Source: a virus
DNA length: 64,000 bases
Virus record (IMG/VR): IMGVR_UViG_3300042691_012617
Span: 104,427 to 168,426 of that record
Reading direction: 5' to 3' (one strand)
Below are positions 56,494 through 64,000 of this stretch, piece by piece. Position 1 is the stretch's first letter, and the number at the start of each line of letters is the position of its first letter. The translations under genes and the position numbers were made by a program. The notes beneath the pieces are model-generated. The model saw nothing but the letters and a program-made list of their open reading frames with translations, ran no database searches and was not told where the DNA came from.

Positions 56494-57899
56494 CACCATT
56501 CCTGCACCTCTTCCTTTGGATCGAACACCTTCTTGCCGATCATGAGTCCGCTGTAGAGAAGGTTGTATGTGTACTTCGACTTCGTGGGATTGCCGCTAGG
56601 CTTGAACTTGTTCTTCGCCTTGTTGAACTCCTGCACGGACGGGATCTTGCCTTGGCTCATCGCGGTCTCATACTCTTTTATGATTCCATCGATGTCCTGA
56701 CGGAGCGACACGACACGATTGACCAACTTTGCCTTCCTCTTCGGATCCTCAATCAGGCTCATGCTTGTGCTGTACGCGCCCCATGTGAGCAACGCCATGA
56801 CAAGAGTTCCCATCTCGTCCATCTTCACCCCGCCAAGCCCGATCTTCTTCAGGTGATCGGGGATCCACGGTTCGGCAAGATTGTCCTTGACCTTTCGCTG
56901 AAGATCAGCGACAACGATCTCTGCGACAGCCTTGCACTTTGCGGTCTTGGTCAGGCTGTTGAAGGAAGCCTTGTCCCGCATCGCATTCAATGCAGCGCGT
57001 TCATTGGTCGCCGCGATCAGGAAGGAAGCGAACGCATCCTCAATCTCTGATGCCGCGCCTTGGAAGTATGCGTTCCATTCCGCATCGCTTGTGTAGTAAG
57101 CCTTGCGGGTCTCAGGTGTGCTGTTCGGATCCCATGATGCTTTGATGCCCTTCTCAATGTTCCCTGGTCTGTCGCTGCTCGACTTGTATCGGATGTCATC
57201 AAGGAAGTGGATGTACTCATGGATGAAGATGTCTCGGAGGAACATCAGTTCCTGCTCAAGTCCCTCAAGCCACTTGTTCATCGGACGAACCATTGCTTGC
57301 TTCGACTTGCCGCTGAACTTCGCCTTCATCGCATCGCGCAGGGCTTGGTGCAGCGGAGTGTCCTTGCCCAACGACAGGTGGCTGAGGTTGTAGAACTCAA
57401 GTGTGGGATTGACCTTGGTCTGCTTGCCTGAGATGTAGACTCCCTTGAAAGACATCGCCCCGCTTCCGCGTGGATAACCGCGAAGCGTGATCAGCATCTT
57501 CACCATGTTGCTGCTCGGTGTCATCTTGTCGAAGTCGCTAGGCTTGATGCTCGGTGGGAGGAAGACCTGTGCGGCATCCCTGATGGTGTATGCAAGAGTC
57601 ATCTGCCCCTGCGTCAGGACTGACATGAGCATCTTCTTGTCATCGAACTGCTTCCGCATCGAATCGGTGAGCGAGTTCGCCAAGTCATTGATGGCGAACT
57701 CATAAGATACGATGTCCTTGGTAGATGGATCTGTTCCCTTGCCACCCGATGTGTGCTTGTTGATGAAGTCATTGACACCTTTGGTCGCCATGACCATGAG
57801 GTTCTTCGTGAACCTGTCGAACGACTTGGCTGCGGCATCGCGCATCGAACGGTCAAGTTCGCGCTCAAGCAGCAGGGCAAGTTCGTGGTATGACTTCAC
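56493..57899 (-). CDS. HExxH zinc-metalloprotease-like protein with capsid-targeting-like leader
   Basis: MKSYHELALLLE; IFIHEYIHFLD..YYTSDAEWNAY. Confidence 0.7.
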   Translation of the reverse strand: MKSYHELALLLERELDRSMRDAAAKSFDRFTKNLMVMATKGVNDFINKHTSGGKGTDPSTKDIVSYEFAINDLANSLTDSMRKQFDDKKMLMSVLTQGQMTLAYTIRDAAQVFLPPSIKPSDFDKMTPSSNMVKMLITLRGYPRGSGAMSFKGVYISGKQTKVNPTLEFYNLSHLSLGKDTPLHQALRDAMKAKFSGKSKQAMVRPMNKWLEGLEQELMFLRDIFIHEYIHFLDDIRYKSSSDRPGNIEKGIKASWDPNSTPETRKAYYTSDAEWNAYFQGAASEIEDAFASFLIAATNERAALNAMRDKASFNSLTKTAKCKAVAEIVVADLQRKVKDNLAEPWIPDHLKKIGLGGVKMDEMGTLVMALLTWGAYSTSMSLIEDPKRKAKLVNRVVSLRQDIDGIIKEYETAMSQGKIPSVQEFNKAKNKFKPSGNPTKSKYTYNLLYSGLMIGKKVFDPKEEVQEW

Positions 57900-58426
57900 A
57901 GTCCCGATCCCTTCGGCAGAAAGATGATGAGTGCCTTGGGTTCGATGCCATGTATGAACGCCATGTCCATGCGGGTGTTCCCTGCGAGGATGCGATCCCG
58001 ATAGCCCAATGCGATCTCCTTCATCTCCTTCTCGGCATGATAGTCGGAAGACTCCGCTGTGGGGCGAACGATGATCGGCATATCCATGGGCTTGCCTGAC
58101 AGCATGGCTTCCTTCATGGCGTTGAGGGTGTCCTCGTTGCGGTACTGCGGGTACGAGCGATAGGTCTTAATGAGGTTCAGCAGTTCCTTCATGTTCCTCG
58201 TATGAGACCTGTTGGCGATGTAGTAGTCGTGCCCCTTGGTGATCGTCCGCACGATGCCTTCCTTCGCCGCCTTGAGGAATGACTCCACGGTGGGGAACAC
58301 ATCCTTGTCCAACTCATGGACGAGGTGCTTCTTGTATTCGATCTCATACTCCTGCTTGAGCATGGCGACCTTGGGGCGAACCCAATTGCCCTTCGCTTCG
58401 GTGATGTGCTGTGAGAAAGACTTCAT
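57896..58426 (-). CDS. ParB/Srx-like protein with capsid-targeting-like leader
   Basis: MKSFSQHITEA; MPIIV..ILAGNTR. Confidence 0.6.
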   Translation of the reverse strand: MKSFSQHITEAKGNWVRPKVAMLKQEYEIEYKKHLVHELDKDVFPTVESFLKAAKEGIVRTITKGHDYYIANRSHTRNMKELLNLIKTYRSYPQYRNEDTLNAMKEAMLSGKPMDMPIIVRPTAESSDYHAEKEMKEIALGYRDRILAGNTRMDMAFIHGIEPKALIIFLPKGSGL

Positions 58427-58716
58427 CTCTTCTTCCGTCCTTGGCAATGCGCCCGTTGTGAGAATCCCTTCGGGTTGTTGCAGTTGATCGACTTCTTGTA
58501 CTTCGCAGTCCAATCCTCACCGATCTTGTACTTCTTGAGGATGGCGTTGCGCTTGGCTTGCAGTTCCTTCTGCCGTGGAGAACTCGGCATCGTCTTCAGG
58601 ATGAGTATCGTCAGACGGTTCGCCTCCTTGCGATCCTCGGGCGACATGACAGCCCAAGGATCCTTGAAGTCCTTGAAGTCATGCGAACCTTCCATGAATT
58701 GCAGGAACGATTTCAT
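58423..58716 (-). CDS. small protein with capsid-targeting-like leader and Cys-containing C-terminal module
   Basis: MKSFLQFMEG; EDWTAKYKKSINCNNPKGFSQRAHCQGRKK. Confidence 0.72.
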   Translation of the reverse strand: MKSFLQFMEGSHDFKDFKDPWAVMSPEDRKEANRLTILILKTMPSSPRQKELQAKRNAILKKYKIGEDWTAKYKKSINCNNPKGFSQRAHCQGRKKR

Positions 58717-59792
58717 GTGAAGTCCTTCACCAATTGCTTGAACACCTTCGTCTTGGCAAAGGCATCTGCGCCCTTCACACCAAGGCGGCTGATGGCGCGG
58801 TTATAGACATACATCCTTGCATTGTCACCCATGTTTCGTGTTGATGAGTTCAAGACAATGATGTCCTCTATGCTGCTCACCTTTACATAGACCGTGACAG
58901 GGAGCGGGGCATTGCCGACACGGATGACCTCTCGCTCAGGCTTCGCTCCCTTGCCGTATCCCGACACTTGCTTGACCACATCGGGACTCAGGAGAGTGTC
59001 GCTCCTCTTGAGGTTCACTTCGAACACCACGGCGATTGGATTCTCGACACTAGACATGTTGGTGTCGCTGAAGTCCTCTGCGGTGCGCCACTCGTCAGAC
59101 CATGACTGCGCCTCGTAGCGGCTCTTGTAGGTTCCCTTGGCGACAAGCCATTCGTTCTTGCCGATCTTCTTGACCTCTCCCGTGAAGTCATACTTGGAGA
59201 CCACGGCGGTGGTTCTTGACACGCCACGGTACGCCTTGCCGCTCCATGCCGCCCACGGGGCACGGCTCTTGCAAGCAACGATCTGAGCGAAGATGTTCGT
59301 CATCTTCATCTTGCGACCGCCCTGTGATTCGAACCACTCATCGAACGCTTCCTTGATCTCCTGCAACTTGGTGATCCACTTGGCAGACGCATCAGGGATC
59401 TCGCCCTTGATCAAATCGATGAACCTGTTGGGCTTGGGGTCGCTGAGGAGGTCGCAGATGGTGTAGGGATTGGCGAGTACCTTCTTCTCGTCGGCTTCCG
59501 CCTTGCGGTAGATCGCATCGGTCTTCAACTCCCGTTTGATCTCCTTGCCTATGTCCTTGAGGTGCGGGATGACCACCTTGAAGTTGGAGTTCTGATAGGA
59601 GGGAGAAGTGTAGTCGTTCAACGACAGCATCTTGATCCTGTGCTTCAGGTTCTTGATCGTCTGCTTGGAAAGATTGGGTGTCTTGATAGCCTTCTTCAGG
59701 GCTTCGATGGCATCCTTGCGAAGACGCTCTGCCTCAATGGCAGCGGGCTTCGGGCCCTTGGCTTCGGTGATGTGGGCAAGGAAGGATTGCAT
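58713..59792 (-). CDS. ADP-ribosyltransferase-like protein (R-S-E clade) with capsid-targeting-like leader
   Basis: MQSFLAHITEA; AYRGV, QSWS..A..F, PEREV; CTAAATA at 59798-59804. Confidence 0.68.
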   Translation of the reverse strand: MQSFLAHITEAKGPKPAAIEAERLRKDAIEALKKAIKTPNLSKQTIKNLKHRIKMLSLNDYTSPSYQNSNFKVVIPHLKDIGKEIKRELKTDAIYRKAEADEKKVLANPYTICDLLSDPKPNRFIDLIKGEIPDASAKWITKLQEIKEAFDEWFESQGGRKMKMTNIFAQIVACKSRAPWAAWSGKAYRGVSRTTAVVSKYDFTGEVKKIGKNEWLVAKGTYKSRYEAQSWSDEWRTAEDFSDTNMSSVENPIAVVFEVNLKRSDTLLSPDVVKQVSGYGKGAKPEREVIRVGNAPLPVTVYVKVSSIEDIIVLNSSTRNMGDNARMYVYNRAISRLGVKGADAFAKTKVFKQLVKDFT

Positions 59793-59811
59793 CCCGATAT
59801 TTAGGATATGA

Positions 59812-60252
59812 TCACTTCATGACTTCGCCCGTGACGGGTTCGAACCGCCCACGCATCTTCTCAATGGCTTCGGGGGGAACGCCATGGATCGAACCATAGT
59901 TGCCCGTCATGCGGATCACCCGCACCGTCCAACCCAACTCTTTGGCGAGTTCGATGTACGGCTGCATCTCCCACTTCATGGTGAATGTATTGGAGACCGC
60001 GACTGCCTTGTGCTTGCCACTCGCCATCGCCCTGCGGGTACGGGCAAGGCAGTCACCATGGGCATCCTTCAACTTGGTCGGGTCGAAGTCATACTTGCCG
60101 CCCCTGTAGAAGTACTGGTCGGCTTCGAAGTGCGCCGATGCCTGAACGAGGGTCTTCGCATGGGTTGACTTCCCCGAACCAGGGAGTCCACGGACGAGGT
60201 ACAGAATGTTTCCAATCGATTCGTTCATGATGAAGTTCTTGAAGTCGCGCAT
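59812..60252 (-). CDS. AAA_33/polynucleotide-kinase-like P-loop protein with capsid-targeting-like leader
   Basis: MRDFKNFIMNES; RGLPGSGKST, EADQYF, VSNTF..WE..PY, HGVP. Confidence 0.85.
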   Translation of the reverse strand: MRDFKNFIMNESIGNILYLVRGLPGSGKSTHAKTLVQASAHFEADQYFYRGGKYDFDPTKLKDAHGDCLARTRRAMASGKHKAVAVSNTFTMKWEMQPYIELAKELGWTVRVIRMTGNYGSIHGVPPEAIEKMRGRFEPVTGEVMK

Positions 60253-60368
60253 TCTAATCTCCCAATCCGTACTTGTCAATAGCCCACCATTCGGTCATGT
60301 CCATGGAGGATGCCAATCCATCGATGCTCATCCCCCGTCCCTCCTTCTCACTAGGGACTGCCGCGCCC

Positions 60369-61067
60369 CTAGAGCGAGTTCCGCACCGTCTCCCATCGAT
60401 TCTCATCGACGGCAATTCGCTTCTCCGTATTCGGAGCATTCCCAACCTTCGTCAGTTCGAAAAAACTCGGCGGCTGTCCCTTGAACGACATCAGGATCTC
60501 GTCCATCGCCTTCTTCATGGAGTAGCCGCTCGTTCCTTCGATGGACAGCAACTGACCGCCGTAGACCTTGAGCCATCCCTTGGAGTATGCGACCATTTGG
60601 ACATGGTAGGCGAGATCCATGCTGCCGTTGCTCAGAGCCGAACGAACCGTTTGGACTTCCCTGTCGGTGATCGGAATGTTGAGATTCTTGAAGCGATGCT
60701 CCGCTTCCTTCCGAAGACCCGCATTGAGTTCATCCTCCGTGATGCCAAAGCGAGGAAACTGGTTCACGATCTTCGTGACATGGTAGTAGCCATCGAAAGT
60801 AAACCATTGCAACGAAGGGTGCCACCATCCCGTGAAGATGTCGCTCTTGTTCGCCCATGGGTAGGAAGCACGGGCGGGTGTCGCGGGGATCTGCGGAGTG
60901 GGTACGGGCTTGGAGACGAAGGTGCGACGAACAGGCTTCTTGACAGGTGCTGCCTTGACCTTGGACTTCGCCGCTGCCTTCGCGCTTGATGCCTTGGGCT
61001 TGGCGATCCTTGTCTTGGTCGCTGTCGCTTCCTGAATCGATTGCAATAGATCGAAGTAGGTCTTCAT
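60369..61067 (-). CDS. hypothetical protein with capsid-targeting-like leader and K/A/P-rich tail
   Basis: MKTYFDLLQSIQEA. Confidence 0.72.
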   Translation of the reverse strand: MKTYFDLLQSIQEATATKTRIAKPKASSAKAAAKSKVKAAPVKKPVRRTFVSKPVPTPQIPATPARASYPWANKSDIFTGWWHPSLQWFTFDGYYHVTKIVNQFPRFGITEDELNAGLRKEAEHRFKNLNIPITDREVQTVRSALSNGSMDLAYHVQMVAYSKGWLKVYGGQLLSIEGTSGYSMKKAMDEILMSFKGQPPSFFELTKVGNAPNTEKRIAVDENRWETVRNSL

Positions 61068-61076
61068 GCCATCACA

Positions 61077-61865
61077 TCACTTCTGATACTTCTTCAGTTC
61101 TCTGATGACCGTCGAAAGGTCTTTCATGATCTCCATGTTGCCATGCTTCGAAGGACTCATTGTTTTCTTATGGACTGCCTCAAGGCTATAGATCAGACCC
61201 TGAAGGAAGTCACGCTGCTGTGCATGCTTCTGCCTGAGGGAACCCACGATCTGTAGAAGATAGGAATGAACATCGAACTTTCCCACCCATGCGACATTCG
61301 TCGTTGCCTTCTGAATGTTCGTCGCCATGTCATCAAGGTCAGTCCAATACCTTCCGAGATCCGCTGCCTCGCTTACAAGAGTCTCTTCCTTTCTGATGGA
61401 AGGAAACCCTAGAGAAGACAGTAGATCCGAAGCAGCCTTCTTGTTGGCTTCTTCTGCCGCCTTGAGAACTTCATTCTTGTCCAACGAGGCTACCTTGCCC
61501 ACGACACGAAGACCGCTCCCACCTCTTCCGACTGCATAGAGGGTGTATCCCTTGCCATCAATCGCCTTGCGTACTTGGAATGAAGAACCCTTCATCATGA
61601 ACTTCTTGTCGAGCGGAACATCGGACTCGTCCAGTTCAACCTCTTCCTTTTGCCACGGCTGTCCGATGTTCTTGGGGGTGAGGGTGACGAACACCTTGCC
61701 CATCTTGAGACCGCCATGCTCCTTTGCCTTCTTGAGGCATTGCTGCTTGCTGCCACGATAGATGATCTTGTTGTCCACGACGAGGGCATACCCGACCTTG
61801 GTGAGTTCTGCCTCGCTGAGGGTCTTGCGCTGAATGCCGTCCCAATTCTCGTTGAATGACTTCAT
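61077..61865 (-). CDS. three-module polyprotein with capsid-targeting-like leader
   Basis: MKSFNE..LSEA; linkers KEEVELDES and KEETLVSEA; AGGAG RBS; CTAAATA at 61883-61889. Confidence 0.72.
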   Translation of the reverse strand: MKSFNENWDGIQRKTLSEAELTKVGYALVVDNKIIYRGSKQQCLKKAKEHGGLKMGKVFVTLTPKNIGQPWQKEEVELDESDVPLDKKFMMKGSSFQVRKAIDGKGYTLYAVGRGGSGLRVVGKVASLDKNEVLKAAEEANKKAASDLLSSLGFPSIRKEETLVSEAADLGRYWTDLDDMATNIQKATTNVAWVGKFDVHSYLLQIVGSLRQKHAQQRDFLQGLIYSLEAVHKKTMSPSKHGNMEIMKDLSTVIRELKKYQK

Positions 61866-61993
61866 GCTTCTCTCCTGTCCCGTATTTAGATATTTGGAGT
61901 TCGACCTGTAAAAAGGCTCGGGCCAGCGGGAAAATTTTTGGGGGGTGGGGGGTGTAATCAGAGAAGGGGGCGGCGTAGGGGGAGGGGGCCTCT

Positions 61994-62057
61994 TAAGTAT
62001 TTTGGGAGAGAGGGGAGAAACGGTAAGTGTTTTGGGATGGGCGTAAGTGTTTTGGGA
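61994..62057 (+). repeat. three 14-bp direct repeats TAAGTRTTTTGGGA
   Basis: Copies at 61994, 62024 and 62044 in a G-rich non-coding tract. Confidence 0.8.
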
Positions 62058-62614
62058 GAATGCCCAAGTCGTATGCGGGAATCGACACGGGGCGTAGAGT
62101 TGTGCATACGGGATGGGGATGGGGTGAATGGTGGAAATTGGAGTTTGTTGGAAAGCGACGAGGGTGTGGGGGTGCTTCGCCACCCCGAGGCTCCACGCCA
62201 CATCCCGCCAGTTTATAAAGTGGGCCGCGAGTTTTCATATCCCTTGCAATTTCTACGAAAGAGTTTCGGCACAACTTCATCGCGCCTGCGAGAGCCTGCG
62301 ACTCGCCCGCAACCAGTTGAAACCAGTTGCTCTCCCTCTCATACTCATACTCCCTCATGACTTCCCTCTCGCTCACTACGCTTTGCTAAACCCCGTTAGC
62401 GTAATCTCATTCCTACCATGTGAGAAAACCCCTATGTTTCTAGGGGTTTCGTGCAGGGCATTTGTGGCTAGTGGTTAGATAGTACCTAATCCCATCGAAG
62501 CCTCTCTGATGGGTAGCGTAGTCATAAGATTGGAATCAATCATGAGTATGTGTGGGGGCGACTTGTCGAGAGCCAGTTGAACTCTCTCGACACTTCGATC
62601 TCATCATGCATACC

Positions 62615-62654
62615 AAAAAGAAAGAAACCCCCGCCCACTTCGGAGCAGGGGTTC
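62615..62654 (-). terminator. rho-independent terminator
   Basis: GAACCCCTGC..GCGGGGGTTT followed by T-tract. Confidence 0.75.
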
Positions 62655-62687
62655 CTGTGAGAACCCGACGATTGTCTACCCGTTACA

Positions 62688-63935
62688 TCAGAACGGGCAC
62701 TTGTTGGAGTTGGTCGCGGTCGTGGGTGCCGCAGCAGTAGCCGAGGTCGGAGCCGCACCAAGGTTCTCCGAGTTGTCGCCCGAGACCGTGACATCCAACT
62801 TCTTGTACAGGTCGATGAAGGCGGCACGGGTCGCGGCATCGAACCGAGTCGTGACCTTATCGATTGCCTTCTCGCGGTCGCCGTAGATGGCGAGGGCGTT
62901 CGCTGCCTGAACGAGGCGGCGGGTCGTGATCACATCCTCAACCGCACCCTCAGCATAGGACTTGCGGATCGACTGCGCCCACTTGACGATGGTGACCGCG
63001 AAGTCATCCTGATCGGTCACGCCGAGGTAGTTCAGGACTCCCTTGACGATCTTGGTCTCCACAGCCTCAGACGGGTAGTCCTGTTCGACCGTCTCAGGGA
63101 CACGGTCAAGGAAGGCTTCGTTCATCGCGTTGGTGCCGACGAACTTGCCCGTATCGTCACCGCGACCCTTGGTGTTACCCGTCAGGAAGACATTGAACCC
63201 CTTCTCAGGCTTGACCCAAGTATTGGTCTTCTTGAGGAACACGGGCTTGCCTTCCAGTACGGGCTGCAAGCACATGATCTTGACGGTGCCGAGATCGACC
63301 TCGTCAAGCAGCAGGATGCCGCCGCGCTTCATGGAGACGATGACGGGACCATCGACCCATACCGTCTCGCCGTTGACGAGTCGGAACCCGCCGAGCAGAT
63401 CGTCCTCGCTCGTCTCAGGCGTGATGTTCACGCGGAAGAACTCGCGGTTGTTCTCAGCACAAGCCTGTTCCACCGTAGTGGTCTTGCCGTTGCCCGACAG
63501 ACCCGTGATGTACACAGGGTAGAACTTGCGGCTCTTCACGACAGCCGAGACATCGCGGTGCGCTCCGAAGGGCACATAGGTCGGCAGACGGTCGGGGACG
63601 AGAGATGCCCCGCCCATGAAGGCGAGGTTCAGGTCAGCGGTCGGCACAGCGGGTGCCACCTTGACAGCGGGAGCCGCAGCGACTGCCACAGGAGCAGGAG
63701 CAGCGACAGGAGCCGCCGCGACCGCGACAGCAGGAGCGTCAGCGGAGGTGACGGGCAGACGGTAGCGACCGCGACCCGCACGATAGGCGGTATCGTTGGT
63801 CAGCCATTGGGGGAGGTTCAGCCCCGCAGACTTGGCGACTGCCTCTACCTGAGGGCGCGTCAGCACGGAGGCGGTCGGGTACATCGCACGGGCGGCGCGA
63901 ACGAAGGCAGACTGTTTTGGCGTTAGGTTGGTCAT
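62688..63935 (-). CDS. cobS: CobS/MoxR-like AAA+ ATPase
   Basis: GLSGNGKT, RVNIT..EDDLLGG, LLLDEVD, NTKGRG, NEAFLDR, TTRRL; promoter TTGACT-N16-TATTCT at 63960-63987. Confidence 0.88.
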   Translation of the reverse strand: MTNLTPKQSAFVRAARAMYPTASVLTRPQVEAVAKSAGLNLPQWLTNDTAYRAGRGRYRLPVTSADAPAVAVAAAPVAAPAPVAVAAAPAVKVAPAVPTADLNLAFMGGASLVPDRLPTYVPFGAHRDVSAVVKSRKFYPVYITGLSGNGKTTTVEQACAENNREFFRVNITPETSEDDLLGGFRLVNGETVWVDGPVIVSMKRGGILLLDEVDLGTVKIMCLQPVLEGKPVFLKKTNTWVKPEKGFNVFLTGNTKGRGDDTGKFVGTNAMNEAFLDRVPETVEQDYPSEAVETKIVKGVLNYLGVTDQDDFAVTIVKWAQSIRKSYAEGAVEDVITTRRLVQAANALAIYGDREKAIDKVTTRFDAATRAAFIDLYKKLDVTVSGDNSENLGAAPTSATAAAPTTATNSNKCPF

Positions 63936-64000
63936 GGTTTGTGTTCCCTTCACATCCAAAGAATACTCTATCCCCCATAGAAGTCAATGCCCTAGGACGA

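Noticed and set aside
61994-62057. Possible mini-CRISPR array
   Set aside because: Repeats are only 14 bp with 16- and 6-bp gaps; no cas genes.
61866-62201. Pro-rich N-terminal extension of ORF 61077-62201
   Set aside because: It is translation of the G-run tract; the true start is the ATG at 61865 with RBS and late promoter.
62688-63935. CobS as a cobalamin-synthesis auxiliary gene
   Set aside because: Phage CobS is a widespread MoxR-type ATPase; no cobalamin pathway genes are in the window.

Overview
A 64-kb segment of a large T4-like myovirus genome. Every gene I could support lies on the minus strand. The core replication module is recognisable: primase gp61, helicase gp41, UvsX, PolB gp43, RegA, clamp loader gp62/gp44 and clamp gp45. 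Other blocks are a ~10-kb sugar-nucleotide/glycosyltransferase island, a putative DNA-modification block (Mom-like and ABC-ATPase/GNAT acetyltransferases), 11 canonical tRNAs, one aberrant tRNA-like RNA, a tmRNA and a CobS/MoxR ATPase. Two promoter classes are visible: sigma70-like TTGACA-N16/17-TAnnnT, and T4-late-like (C/A)TAAATA. The most striking feature is a family of about 20 otherwise unrelated late genes whose products begin with a T4 capsid-targeting-like leader (M-K-[S/T/N]-[F/Y]-x3-8-[I/L]-x-E). Several are apparent polyproteins in which small domains are separated by acidic linkers resembling prohead-protease (gp21) sites. The predicted cargo includes an ADP-ribosyltransferase-like protein, two P-loop kinases, a HAD phosphatase, an RNA-ligase-like protein, a HExxH protease, a polysaccharide deacetylase and a nucleotidyltransferase-RimK-protease fusion. 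I infer a large virion-packaged, protease-matured enzyme payload. Dockerin/EF-hand-like and secretin-like motifs suggest a planctomycete (Phycisphaerae) host. All calls come from motif recognition by eye; no database searches were run.
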